This document shows, piece by piece, positions 8,801-18,931 of a stretch of DNA of 64,000 bases. The stretch covers positions 192,001 to 256,000 of the forward strand of contig CAYFMJ010000001.1 of the NCBI GenBank assembly GCA_964344235.1. The letters run 5' to 3'. Below the pieces are notes generated by a model. It saw only the letters and a program-made list of their open reading frames with translations, had not been told where the DNA came from and made no database searches. Each line of letters opens with the position of its first letter. Position 1 is the stretch's first letter. Both the position numbers and the translations under genes were made by a program. This DNA comes from an uncultured Methanosarcinales archaeon (GTDB lineage: Archaea; Nanobdellota; Nanobdellia; Woesearchaeales; GW2011-AR9).

Positions 8801-11776
8801 TTAATATTCTCCCAGTGTTGATTTGTACGGTTCTAACAAGGCGCTAGCCGTTGTGTCGATTATTTTGGTGCCTCCCACTCCTGTTACCGTAAAAGAGCCA
8901 TCATTTGTAATTTCCCCGATATGAGCATGTTGCTGCTCAGCCATAATTGCTTCGAACCGTTCTTTGTTTTGAGGGGCAATTGTTACAAGAATTCTACCCT
9001 GGCTTTCGGAGTATAACTTACAGTCATTACGCGAAGCTGTTCCAGGAAGGTTTTCTAATGAAACGTCTACACCCAACATACCACCCATGGCTGTTTTAGC
9101 TAACGCAATAGCAAGACCACCCCGATGGACGCTTTTGGCAGAGGCTATAATGCCTTCCTCTACGGCTTGCTCATATGCTTGATAGACTGCTTTGTTTCTT
9201 GTAGCATTAACTTGTGGAACGCTGTTACCAATATACGCCTCGCCACATTGTTCCTCACCAACCATGGCGAAGTATTCAGAAGCGCCGAGTTCGTCATGTG
9301 TTTCTCCGAGTACGTACACTAAATCTCCCGCAAACTTTGCATCAAGCGATACTGCTTTGCGAGCATCTTGCATTACCCCAATAGAAGAGACGAGCAATGT
9401 TGGAGGAACAGAAACTTTCATGGGATTACCCTCTTCATCAAATCCTTTAAAGTCATTAAACATGCTGTCTTTGCCCGAGATGAAAGGGGTACCAAACGCA
9501 ACAGCTGTATCATAACAAGCTCTCACAGCTTCTTTAAGCTGTCCTAAACGTTCTGGTTCGTTAGAGCTACACCAACAAAAGTTGTCCATAAGAGCTAAGT
9601 GGTTCAGTGGGGCTCCTGCGACGACTGCATTTCTGATTGCAGTGTCGATTGCAGCAGCAGCCATATGATATGTATCAATGTCACTATAGCTTGGATTAAT
9701 GCCCTGTGATGTAACGACTGCTTTTTGTGAATCTAGAATTGGCCTTGTTACGGATGCATCTCCGTTGACTCTGCCTCGGCCCTGTAATGGTTTTATGACG
9801 GAACCACCCTGCACTTCGTGGTCGTATTGTCGTGAGATAAACTCGAAGCTTGTGATGTTTAGTCTTCCCAGCATGGAATGAAGAGAATCAGTTAAGTCCC
9901 CTAATTCGGCAATCTCTGGCTCTTCGTGCGTAGGTCTGGTATATGTTGTGTGCATCGGTCGTGGTGGGAGACCGTCGTGCAGAAAGTCTAAATCAAGCTC
10001 CGCTACTTTTTCTCCATGAAAGTAGGTGATACTTTTTCCTGAGTCTGTGAACTCCCCGATTACTGTTGCCTCGACGCCTCTACGTTGCATTAACGATTGA
10101 AAAGCAGGCCATTTCTCTGGTGGGACTGCGAGAGTCATACGTTCCTGTGCTTCAGAGATGTCGATTTCGTACGGAGCAAGTCCGGGATATTTTGAAGGTA
10201 CTCTATCAAGATGGTAAACACAACCCCCACTTGCTTTTGCCATTTCGTTAACAGAACAAGATAAACCTCCAGCACCGTTGTCAGTAATGTCGTTATACAA
10301 TGCTTGATCTCTCGCTTCTTTAACAACGGCATCACTTAATTTCTTTTGTGTAATTGGGTCACCAATTTGCACAGCTGTTGCCGGGCTACCGGAATCCATG
10401 GCTTCTGAAGAGAAAGTTGCTCCATGAATGCCATCTTTTCCTACCCTCCCTCCGATCATAACAATGTAATCCCCTGGCTGGGCTTGTTTTTCATGTGAAG
10501 GTCTGCCTGCACTCTCTCGTGGGATAAGACCAACGGTTCCTACAAACACTAGCGGCTTGCCTTTGTATCGTGCGTCGAATGTGACAAAACCTTGTGGGGT
10601 TGGTATGCCAGAACAATTTCCCCCTACATTAACTCCTGCAACAACACCCTCCATGATTTGGCGTGGTAAGAGCATCTCTTGTGTGAACTCTGGGCCTTTG
10701 TAGAGCGGGGTTGTATCACGGGGGTCAGCGAAGCAAAAACCGTACCTATTGATGATTGGTTTAGCACCTAAACCAAAACCAATCGTGTCCCGGTTAACTC
10801 CAACAATTCCCGTAATAGATCCTCCAAATGGATCGAGAGCAGAGGGGCTGTTATGCGTTTCTGCTTTATCTGTTACGAGAAAATCGTCATCGAAAATAAT
10901 TGCTCCGGAATTGTCCGTAAAAACTGACACACAGAAGTCTTCATTTCCTTTTTCTGCGCGTATTCTTTGTGTTGCCGCTTTGATGAACGTTCTGTATAGG
11001 CCGTCTGTAACCTCATCCATTGGATCAGCGAAAATTGTATGTTTACAATGTTCTGACCATGTTTGAGCAATTCTTTCAAGTTCAACATCAGTTGGGTTTC
11101 TGCCTTGTTCTCTAAAATAAGAGCGTATTGCATGCATGTATGTTAAGTCTAGCGCGAGTGGGCCTCTGCGAGTCCCATCCCCGTTAGAGATGCCTTTCTT
11201 TCCAATAAGTGTTAGTTCATCATCGCTGGCGTTGAGAATATCAACAATACTGGCAGAGGGTGCTGGACCTAGCCGCACTTCAGGAATAATGAGCCCCATG
11301 CCGCCCTCTCTTTGGAATTCGTTGTAGTTTCTAATGGTAATTCTTTGGATCAGCGGATTGGCGAGCGAATTTGCAATAAATGTAACATCACTTTCTGTTA
11401 AATCTCCCGAAAGAAACGTTATTTGTGAAGTATATGCTTCTGCAATGTGTTTGTTTCCAAGTAAGTCTTCGATCCCTTCTCTAGTTGTAGTACCGACGTT
11501 ATCCGTTACGCCTGGCAAGAATCCAACCTCAATTGCCCACTGGAAATCATCAGGAGCTTGAGGTGTGTCTACGGTTGCGTGTTGTGTTACAGGATTGGTA
11601 AGCATTGATGCGACAGAGTCTAGAGTATCCTCTTGTAGTGCCGAACCAATAGTGTACACGTCAACGATGTGTGTATCAGTGATCCTTTCAGAAAAACCAA
11701 GTGTTTCAATACGGCGCCTTCGTATTGCGGCCCTTGTATCTGGAATAATGGATCTTACCTCAATCCTATGGGCCAT
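8801..11776 (-). CDS. purL: FGAM synthase synthetase subunit with long (PurS-like) N-terminal region
   Basis: AQTWSEHCKH, ETHNSPSALDPFGG, DNGAGGL, SEAQERM, PFISGKDS; 991 aa. Confidence 0.95.
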   Translation of the reverse strand: MAHRIEVRSIIPDTRAAIRRRRIETLGFSERITDTHIVDVYTIGSALQEDTLDSVASMLTNPVTQHATVDTPQAPDDFQWAIEVGFLPGVTDNVGTTTREGIEDLLGNKHIAEAYTSQITFLSGDLTESDVTFIANSLANPLIQRITIRNYNEFQREGGMGLIIPEVRLGPAPSASIVDILNASDDELTLIGKKGISNGDGTRRGPLALDLTYMHAIRSYFREQGRNPTDVELERIAQTWSEHCKHTIFADPMDEVTDGLYRTFIKAATQRIRAEKGNEDFCVSVFTDNSGAIIFDDDFLVTDKAETHNSPSALDPFGGSITGIVGVNRDTIGFGLGAKPIINRYGFCFADPRDTTPLYKGPEFTQEMLLPRQIMEGVVAGVNVGGNCSGIPTPQGFVTFDARYKGKPLVFVGTVGLIPRESAGRPSHEKQAQPGDYIVMIGGRVGKDGIHGATFSSEAMDSGSPATAVQIGDPITQKKLSDAVVKEARDQALYNDITDNGAGGLSCSVNEMAKASGGCVYHLDRVPSKYPGLAPYEIDISEAQERMTLAVPPEKWPAFQSLMQRRGVEATVIGEFTDSGKSITYFHGEKVAELDLDFLHDGLPPRPMHTTYTRPTHEEPEIAELGDLTDSLHSMLGRLNITSFEFISRQYDHEVQGGSVIKPLQGRGRVNGDASVTRPILDSQKAVVTSQGINPSYSDIDTYHMAAAAIDTAIRNAVVAGAPLNHLALMDNFCWCSSNEPERLGQLKEAVRACYDTAVAFGTPFISGKDSMFNDFKGFDEEGNPMKVSVPPTLLVSSIGVMQDARKAVSLDAKFAGDLVYVLGETHDELGASEYFAMVGEEQCGEAYIGNSVPQVNATRNKAVYQAYEQAVEEGIIASAKSVHRGGLAIALAKTAMGGMLGVDVSLENLPGTASRNDCKLYSESQGRILVTIAPQNKERFEAIMAEQQHAHIGEITNDGSFTVTGVGGTKIIDTTASALLEPYKSTLGEY

Positions 11777-11884
11777 GTTTTTGTAAAATGAATTTATGTT
11801 ATAAAGTTTAGTGTTCTTGAATATATTGTTAGGAGATCCTCTACTTCAGAAATCATTAAATAGTTTGTTTTCTCTTTGTGATGC

Positions 11885-12076
11885 ATGGAACCGCTTTCAA
11901 TTGTTGGAATAATGATTCTGATTATCGTGGCGTTATTTCTGGGAAAAATTTTATCGATTTTGGGGAGAATTGTGTTTGTGGCTTTAATCATCGCATTGGT
12001 GTTGGTGTTTGCGTTTGGTATTTCGTTAAATCAAGTGGTTGATTGGGGTTTACAAGTTATTTTATTAGCGTTTTGA
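11885..12076 (+). CDS. Small membrane protein
   Basis: 63 aa, almost entirely hydrophobic, 2-3 TM segments. Confidence 0.6.
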   Translation: MEPLSIVGIMILIIVALFLGKILSILGRIVFVALIIALVLVFAFGISLNQVVDWGLQVILLAF

Positions 12077-12557
12077 ATGTTCTTTCTTCAGTTCTTTTTT
12101 GTTCTTGCATACCAATAACTGTTTCTAGCGTTCGCCTATATTCTGGTTGCCAGAACTCACAGTAATATTCTCTTAGATCGTCGTCTGGCCGTTCACTGAA
12201 TCTACGGCCTTCGGGCTGTTGGCTTTCCATGGAGCAATGGGATGCAGCTTTCCTTCTAAGAAATAATGCCCTTTCACGATGGACACACGATAGGCAACCT
12301 CCCTCCGACCGCTCTCTGTACGCCTCGACATAATTTCTTACACTTGACAAATCGAGATAGGTGCTTGTCCCTTCGTTTGTGTGGGAACCATTTTCAATAA
12401 TTCTCAATACTTCGGTGAGTTCTGTATCTTTAAGAGAGGGGTCTATAGATGAAAGAGATCTTCCTACATCTTGCAACAGGCCAAGAACTTTATGTATTGA
12501 TCTGGCATCCGAGAAGCGCGTAGGAACTTGGTATACTACTGTTCCTTCTTGTGACAT
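12057..12557 (-). CDS. Hypothetical protein with CxxC and two further Cys
   Basis: 166-aa ORF; CLSC..HC..YC. Confidence 0.55.
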   Translation of the reverse strand: MSQEGTVVYQVPTRFSDARSIHKVLGLLQDVGRSLSSIDPSLKDTELTEVLRIIENGSHTNEGTSTYLDLSSVRNYVEAYRERSEGGCLSCVHRERALFLRRKAASHCSMESQQPEGRRFSERPDDDLREYYCEFWQPEYRRTLETVIGMQEQKRTEERTFKTLIK

Positions 12558-12672
12558 AAAATACTTCTTTCTTTGTCTTATATAAAAAATTTACTACTAA
12601 AAAGGCGTGTTTTTCTGAAGGGGGCTTTTTAGCTACAACAAACTATATAAACTGGTTCTCTCCTGAAAGATT

Positions 12673-13629
12673 ATGAGTTCTACAATATGGACGGAGAAGT
12701 ATCGGCCGCAAACGTTTGATGAAGTAAAAGGACAGCAGGAAATTGTTGCCAAAGTAAAAGCGTTTGTTTCTTCTGGTTCGATGCCACATCTCATGTTCTC
12801 TGGCCCGGCAGGTGTGGGGAAGACGACGTTAGCGTTAGTTATTGCAAAGCAATTATTTGGCGAAGAGTGGCGGCAAAATACGTTGGAGTTAAATGCGTCT
12901 GATGAGCGAGGAATTGATGTTGTTAGGGTGAAAGTGAAAGACTTTGCACGGACTAGGGCGTTAGGAGATGTGCCGTTTAAGTTGATTTATTTAGATGAGT
13001 GTGATGCTCTGACGAAAGAAGCGCAACAGGCTTTACGTCGGACAATGGAGAATTATACGAAGACCTGTCGGTTTGTGTTAAGCTGTAATTATAGTTCTAA
13101 AATTATTGACCCGATTCAATCGAGATGCGCTATTTTCCGATTTAAACCGTTACCTGAGGATGAGATTTACAAAGTGATTGACCGAATTACTGCGGAAGAA
13201 GGATTGGTGTTAGGAGAGGGTGTAAAAGAAGCACTGTTTGAAGTTTCAGGCGGCGATTGTCGAAGATTAGAGAATGTGATGCAGTCATGTGCTGTTATCA
13301 AAAAAGAGTTAGATGCTGAGTTGGTGTATTCCATGGCTTCGGTTGCTCGCCCTAAAGAAGTGCATGAAGTGTTGCGGATTGCAGCTGCTGGGGATTTTCT
13401 TGCTAGTCGGAAGAAGTTATTGGATTTAATGTTAAATTATGGTTTATCTGGATTGGATGTGGTTAAACAGATTCAGCGAGAGATTTGGAATTTAGAGTTA
13501 GAGGATAGGAAGAAGGTTGAGTTAATTGATCAATGTGGTGAAGTAGAATTTAGAATGGTTGAAGGTTCTGATGAGTATGTACAATTGGAAAGTTTTTTAG
13601 CGTTTGTTGTGTTGGTAGGGAGTAGATGA
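12673..13629 (+). CDS. rfcS: Replication factor C small subunit
   Basis: WTEKYRP, GPAGVGKTT, ELNASDERG, LDECD, SRC; no intein. Confidence 0.97.
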   Translation: MSSTIWTEKYRPQTFDEVKGQQEIVAKVKAFVSSGSMPHLMFSGPAGVGKTTLALVIAKQLFGEEWRQNTLELNASDERGIDVVRVKVKDFARTRALGDVPFKLIYLDECDALTKEAQQALRRTMENYTKTCRFVLSCNYSSKIIDPIQSRCAIFRFKPLPEDEIYKVIDRITAEEGLVLGEGVKEALFEVSGGDCRRLENVMQSCAVIKKELDAELVYSMASVARPKEVHEVLRIAAAGDFLASRKKLLDLMLNYGLSGLDVVKQIQREIWNLELEDRKKVELIDQCGEVEFRMVEGSDEYVQLESFLAFVVLVGSR

Positions 13630-14981
13630 CGTTAAGAGAAGAACTTGATCAAGCAGCGGGTGTTAGGGTAATCCCTGATGATGATCTTTGGTTTACAGGG
13701 TACGAACACATTGCTTTTGATGAAGATGATGTAGAATACCACGCTCTGCGACGGAGAAACTGTTATACACATGACAGACTTGGTCGTCCTTTTCCCGTTT
13801 TTGACGCACGCCATGGTCTCACTGGCGCAGGGCATCACTATTTGATTGACAACTTACCAGGGCCAGGGAATGACTTAAGTTTCTTTAAAAGTTATCCTGG
13901 ACCAATTCTTGCGCCTAACTCTCGAGGACATGGAAGAGGAGATTATGAATCTGCCATCCTTCCGGGTGGTTCTGGGGGGTCACGGGCGTTATTGGTGAGA
14001 GATTCAATTGCTTTTGATCGAATTGTCAGAAAACTGTACCCCGGTGCGAAGATAGCAAAGGTTGGCAGCTCTTTGGGAGGGATGCAACACAAGGTATTTG
14101 CAGCAGGTGGTGTCGAAAGAGATGGTGAATTGGTCTTTGATGATGAGGTGCGTCGAGAAAGGGATAAAAATATTGCTTTTGTTTCTACTCTAGCTAGTCC
14201 GGCGGCGGCAGAGTTTACTGTCTCTTCGTTCTATAAGGATCTAGCCGACAAAGGTCGGAGATATATTATGATTATGAGGGCACTTGGTGTTGATCGCCTA
14301 TATCCTGGTTCGCTTACCCCAGAAGAGGGCTCATTCCGTGATAGAATCGTTGATCGTGTTCTTGGGACAGAAACATTTAGAGAAATTGCGGCAGCGTTTA
14401 TGCCTACGTTCTTCATTAATGAAGAGTACTTATTTAGGGGAAGTAATGCTCTGTCAATCTTAGCAAATGAAGGGAGCTCCAACCCACCGTTGGATTTAAT
14501 AGATGACATCTTTTACATGTTTCAGCAAGGGAGACAGGTAACTCCAGATGGTGACGATTATACATCTGTTGCAGAACACCTAAGCGAGGGTACAGCGCCG
14601 TTTCTTTTTGTTTCAGGAGGCGGCGATGGCCTTACTCCTCCTGATACCATTGATCGGCTCGCTTTACAGATTCAGCGGGCTAGAACTGCAAGAAGTGGCT
14701 GGGTGAAGAATATCTGTGTCGAAAATGGAGGGCATGGACCGTTTATTGGAAGACCTGCGGAATCAATCTTTGCTTTTTATTGGGAGGCTCTGAAACAGGC
14801 AATGGAAGAGACCGAGCGAGTGTCTCCTGAACTGATTGGTCCCGGAATGAAGGCACCTTATGACGGCGTGAAATTCTTTGAACAAAAACTGGCGCAAGCA
14901 AAAGAAAAATATCCTACATTACCTCTCGATCGAGTTTCAAGCGCCGAGAGGATCACTTTAGATGCCAGTGTTTTTGGGTAA
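13626..14981 (+). CDS. Alpha/beta-hydrolase fold protein
   Basis: RGHG, nucleophile elbow GSSLGG, acid GGGDGLTP, His in GGHGPF. Confidence 0.7.
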   Translation: MTLREELDQAAGVRVIPDDDLWFTGYEHIAFDEDDVEYHALRRRNCYTHDRLGRPFPVFDARHGLTGAGHHYLIDNLPGPGNDLSFFKSYPGPILAPNSRGHGRGDYESAILPGGSGGSRALLVRDSIAFDRIVRKLYPGAKIAKVGSSLGGMQHKVFAAGGVERDGELVFDDEVRRERDKNIAFVSTLASPAAAEFTVSSFYKDLADKGRRYIMIMRALGVDRLYPGSLTPEEGSFRDRIVDRVLGTETFREIAAAFMPTFFINEEYLFRGSNALSILANEGSSNPPLDLIDDIFYMFQQGRQVTPDGDDYTSVAEHLSEGTAPFLFVSGGGDGLTPPDTIDRLALQIQRARTARSGWVKNICVENGGHGPFIGRPAESIFAFYWEALKQAMEETERVSPELIGPGMKAPYDGVKFFEQKLAQAKEKYPTLPLDRVSSAERITLDASVFG

Positions 14982-14987
14982 AAAAAT

Positions 14988-15890
14988 CTATTCAGCACTT
15001 TCTTTGATACGTAGAGTTTCTTGTACGATATCTCTGTATTTGTACTGAAGTGTTAATTTGATTTGCTTGGTGGAAAGATGGTCTTCCGCAAGAGCTGTCT
15101 TTAATTTACAAACAATTTCTGCAGTACCATCATTTAACCGAGCTTCGTTGACTTTACCACTAGATTTACATTCCCACGCATCATCATCAATGACATAGGC
15201 AATTTCATCCCTAATGCCGAAATCTTCATTTGGTTTTGCTAAGTCGCCCGTACCTGCTTTTTCAATGGCGATCTTTAGGGCCATGATGCCTTTACCAGCA
15301 GTATCCTCTACAACACTTTTTACAGTTACTGGAGCACCAGATACGAAGAATGTCTTCGCTTCATTAACATCACAAATTCTCTCATCAGTTAAGTCCTCTT
15401 TTAGACATACTTCTGGAATTAGTAATTCTGTCTCGTAATAAAATTCAATGTTTGCAAACCAGTCTCTTTCAACAAAGTTATTGACATCTTCTTCATACTT
15501 TACATCATCACCGAAGGAGATTGTCTCTTCTCCTCCATCTGGAACTAAATCGGAGATTGCATCTAATTCGTCAGAATTTTGTAAGGTGTAGGAAGCAATG
15601 CCGCTAAATTCACTCTGGGAAGGACCAAGTAATTCTACTGTGATGTCCCCTGGTTGGATGTCGTATTCACCTTTGTTAATCACAGTAACTTCTAATGGAA
15701 ATGTTTCAGTATCAAAGATGGTAAATGTTCCATCTTCTTCAACGCCTAGTGGTTCGAAGGAACCAGTTACTCCTAATGTACCGCCAATGTAGGGGCCATC
15801 TTGCACTGCAACACCATCTTCGGTGGAACATGCTGCTAGGAATACCGTTAAGACTAGAATGAATGATAGAATAATTTTTGTATGTTTCAT
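14988..15890 (-). CDS. Secreted lipoprotein, Cys-containing beta-rich family
   Basis: Signal peptide with lipobox LAAC; paralogous motifs shared with 15944..16906 and 50797..51660. Confidence 0.8.
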   Translation of the reverse strand: MKHTKIILSFILVLTVFLAACSTEDGVAVQDGPYIGGTLGVTGSFEPLGVEEDGTFTIFDTETFPLEVTVINKGEYDIQPGDITVELLGPSQSEFSGIASYTLQNSDELDAISDLVPDGGEETISFGDDVKYEEDVNNFVERDWFANIEFYYETELLIPEVCLKEDLTDERICDVNEAKTFFVSGAPVTVKSVVEDTAGKGIMALKIAIEKAGTGDLAKPNEDFGIRDEIAYVIDDDAWECKSSGKVNEARLNDGTAEIVCKLKTALAEDHLSTKQIKLTLQYKYRDIVQETLRIKESAE

Positions 15891-15943
15891 CGTAACGCCT
15901 CTTTTAGTTGTTGTTTCTATAAAAGAGAAATGGTATATAAAGT

Positions 15944-16906
15944 TTACCTCGGCGTGGCGACGATTTTAACTTGTTTTTGTTCCGATTCGATGTAATTATA
16001 ATCTAACTCTATACGTAGTGGGGTTTTGAAAGCAGCAGTTCCTGGTATTAAGAATTGACATTGAATTTTTCCTTGGTCATTATGTAATCTTACAAGCCCA
16101 TCAAACGGTTTACAGCTGATTAAACTTCCACCACTAAGATGAACATTGTAGAGAACTTTATCAACATCATCAAAGCCTAACGATGCTTGACCGCAACCGA
16201 GAATGTCAGAGAATGGGGAAAGTACTCTACCACTCCCAAAGTTTCGTACGGTAATGTCAAAGATTGCTCTTTCGCCAACCATATCCATGCCTACATAGCT
16301 AATTCCTACTGGGCCCCCTTGGCCCCCGCCAACAGAAACGCTTTGTCTGTAATCACAGGCTTTCTGTTCAGACGTTACTTGGTAGCGTTGCGTGTCAACA
16401 CAGACTTCTGGGTTAGCAGTAGTTTGATAATTGTAACATGTCAGGAAGTTTAGTGTTGGATTGTATTCAAACACACCGTCATCTAGTAACATTTGGCCGG
16501 AATGGAATTCAATTTGGTTAATGCCACCTTGGGTGTTGTAGACATTTTTTCCTTCTAGTACACCAATATTTTCAGCGCATGATCTGGGGGAGCCAAACGC
16601 GCCAGTAATAATGCTCGGATCGTGGCCGGTAACTTCAACGAAACATGCTTCCGCTGCTAAGTCGTGGTTTCCTTTGTTGTTAATTTCGACAATGGCAATT
16701 AATTCGTCTTGATCGTAGATAGTTTTCGGTGGGAAGTCGTTAATGAATTCTAACTCGACTCCCTGTGTGCCTGATTGTACTTCCCGTAGCACTGCAGCAG
16801 TGTCGCGTGGTGTTTCACCAGCGTTTACTTGCCCTGAGCACGCTGATAAAAGAAATGTAGTTAAGAGAATGAGAACTATCAGTACTAACCTGCCCCTTTT
16901 TTGCAT
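15944..16906 (-). CDS. Secreted lipoprotein, same family
   Basis: MQKRGRLVLIVL...LSAC lipobox; start moved to ATG 16906. Confidence 0.8.
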   Translation of the reverse strand: MQKRGRLVLIVLILLTTFLLSACSGQVNAGETPRDTAAVLREVQSGTQGVELEFINDFPPKTIYDQDELIAIVEINNKGNHDLAAEACFVEVTGHDPSIITGAFGSPRSCAENIGVLEGKNVYNTQGGINQIEFHSGQMLLDDGVFEYNPTLNFLTCYNYQTTANPEVCVDTQRYQVTSEQKACDYRQSVSVGGGQGGPVGISYVGMDMVGERAIFDITVRNFGSGRVLSPFSDILGCGQASLGFDDVDKVLYNVHLSGGSLISCKPFDGLVRLHNDQGKIQCQFLIPGTAAFKTPLRIELDYNYIESEQKQVKIVATPR

Positions 16907-16982
16907 AGTTGGACTAATCAAAAAGCGTATTTAAGCTTTTCTATGAGGAAGAATTAAAAATAGAGTGGGGTTTTGTTGGGGG

Positions 16983-17213
16983 ATGGCAAAGAAAGTTGTG
17001 CATTTCAAGAAGGATTGTATTAGTTGTGGCGCGTGTGCAGCTATTAATCCAGAGCACTGGGAAATGGATCCAGAAGGGTTAGCGCAGCTGAAAGGAAGTT
17101 CTTTGAAGGGTGAGAAGTGGGAGTTAGATATTTCTGATGCTGAGGTTGAGGCGAACCAAGAAGCATCAGAAGTGTGTCCCGTCAATATTATTCATGTTGA
17201 GGACAAAGATTAG
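16983..17213 (+). CDS. Ferredoxin (single cluster)
   Basis: CISCGAC...CP; ATG 16983. Confidence 0.88.
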   Translation: MAKKVVHFKKDCISCGACAAINPEHWEMDPEGLAQLKGSSLKGEKWELDISDAEVEANQEASEVCPVNIIHVEDKD

Positions 17214-17488
17214 ATTTTGTGTTCTTTCTTTAGTGAGTGGGCGAAGCCAACATAGTGTTTTTTGAGTCTTGTAATAATTCTGTTATGTTCTTTCTGTAAT
17301 TTTTTAATTTCATCGACCAATTCCGTGTGTTTGATTTTAATAGAGAGTTGTTCCTCGATCGTTTTTGCACCGTTATGTTTGTTAGTTGTTTTTTCTAATT
17401 GTTTAGAAGCACGTTGCAATTTTTTGTTAATTCGTTTGAGTGCTTTAGAATACACATAGAGGTAGGCAGATTCTTTGGTAATGGACAT
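17210..17488 (-). CDS. Hypothetical coiled-coil protein
   Basis: 92 aa, K/Q/E-rich heptad-like pattern. Confidence 0.6.
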   Translation of the reverse strand: MSITKESAYLYVYSKALKRINKKLQRASKQLEKTTNKHNGAKTIEEQLSIKIKHTELVDEIKKLQKEHNRIITRLKKHYVGFAHSLKKEHKI

Positions 17489-17516
17489 GGGGTAAGGAAG
17501 AAATTAGTGTATATAA

Positions 17517-18263
17517 TTATTTTGTTTCACATTCTACCACAAACGCAGGGTGATCGCTGGGGTAGAAGTCAGGAGCAATTTGCGTTGTTATACATCTTGG
17601 TTCGGCAGTTGGTTGAATTCTTGGGCTGCCAAAGACGTGGTCAACTTGGCCGTCGTAGCGCCAGAATGGTTCTGGGAGTGTAACTTCTGCAGTAAGTTCT
17701 TCAAAGTGTCTGGTGCCGTTATTGACACTCGGAAGAAGTTTGACGCCATTGAAATCTCCGCCGGCGAGGATTGGAATGCCCGTTCCTCGTAGCTCCAGTA
17801 AGTATGTGGCTAATGTTGCTTTCTGTTCGTCGATTGTTGGATCGGTTCTTAGGCCTAGCTGTGATGTCGGTGCGTTAGAATCGAGACATGCTAAGTGGGT
17901 GTTGACTAAGTGATAGGGGCCTTCTTCTGTGTCAATTTCAACATGAGCTAGGCGTTTCCCGCCGAGTTTCTCTCCAACGTAATCGACGACGCCTCTTGGG
18001 GTTAATCGTTGTAATGCGGGAGAGGCGTAGGCTTTGTGGGCAGTTGTTCTCACAGCTTTAAGAACTTGTTTTTTTACTAGTGTGGCTAGGCCACCTCCTT
18101 GTTTGAAACGGTGGTAACCGCGTGGTTTGAGAATTCCTGGCCAATCTTCTTGCACAAATGCGATGTCTGGTGCCATCTCTTCAAACATTGCCCGAATGGC
18201 TTTGACTCGTCTAAAGTAGCCTCTCACGGGCAGTCCATAAATGTTCCACGTCATCACCCTCAT
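17517..18263 (-). CDS. Endonuclease/exonuclease/phosphatase (EEP) family protein
   Basis: MTWNI, FVQE, NTHL, GGDFN, DHVF, SDHPA. Confidence 0.9.
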   Translation of the reverse strand: MRVMTWNIYGLPVRGYFRRVKAIRAMFEEMAPDIAFVQEDWPGILKPRGYHRFKQGGGLATLVKKQVLKAVRTTAHKAYASPALQRLTPRGVVDYVGEKLGGKRLAHVEIDTEEGPYHLVNTHLACLDSNAPTSQLGLRTDPTIDEQKATLATYLLELRGTGIPILAGGDFNGVKLLPSVNNGTRHFEELTAEVTLPEPFWRYDGQVDHVFGSPRIQPTAEPRCITTQIAPDFYPSDHPAFVVECETK

Positions 18264-18931
18264 TTTTTAATTATAATCATACAATGGTCTTTTTGTAACG
18301 GATCAAGTTTTTTATAATCAATTACTGTAAATATTGTATCCAATTGTTTTCGTATTTCTTCAAAGATTTGTTTCGGTTTTTTTGTAATGTCAATGCTTCT
18401 CGCTTTGACTGCTAATAGGCCATAACCTCCTTTCTTCAGGAAGAGTTGGCAGTTTTTAATGAAGATCTCTGCTTGGTTTCGTTGTGCAATGTCTTGATAC
18501 ACAATATCGGCAGCAGCGATTTTATCTTGATACTGTTCTGGATGATTTGCGTCTGCTAAGATTGGGCAGATGTTGGTGCGTTTTTCTGCAATGAATACTA
18601 AGTCCCTCACAACTCTTGGTGCAGGATCGATGCCAAAAATGAAACCGTTCTTTCCCACAATATCTGAAACGAAGGAAGCGGTGTAGCCGTGTGAAACGCC
18701 AAGGTAGAGAACTATGTTGTCCTTTCTGATACCGATGTTAGTGCAACCTTTAGCGATCATCGCTCCCAATTTACTTCTTGTTGGATCGAGTTCTCTAAAT
18801 GTTGTGCCACCCTCTTTGGTTGTCTTTTCGTTAAATGGTGTGAAGTTAGGGAGGATACTTTTTGTGTAGATACGTTTACGTTTATCTGTATAGAGTTCAA
18901 AGAGTTTATGTGGTTGGATTTTATTTCCCAT
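18260..18931 (-). CDS. flpA: Fibrillarin-like rRNA/tRNA 2'-O-methyltransferase
   Basis: DPTRSKLGA, VLYLG, PILADA..P, YQDIAQ.NQ, LDP..KDH. Confidence 0.95.
   Translation of the reverse strand: MGNKIQPHKLFELYTDKRKRIYTKSILPNFTPFNEKTTKEGGTTFRELDPTRSKLGAMIAKGCTNIGIRKDNIVLYLGVSHGYTASFVSDIVGKNGFIFGIDPAPRVVRDLVFIAEKRTNICPILADANHPEQYQDKIAAADIVYQDIAQRNQAEIFIKNCQLFLKKGGYGLLAVKARSIDITKKPKQIFEEIRKQLDTIFTVIDYKKLDPLQKDHCMIIIKK

Noticed and set aside
12673-13629. Intein in rfcS (a common insertion site)
   Set aside because: The protein is normal length (318 aa) and Walker A is uninterrupted.
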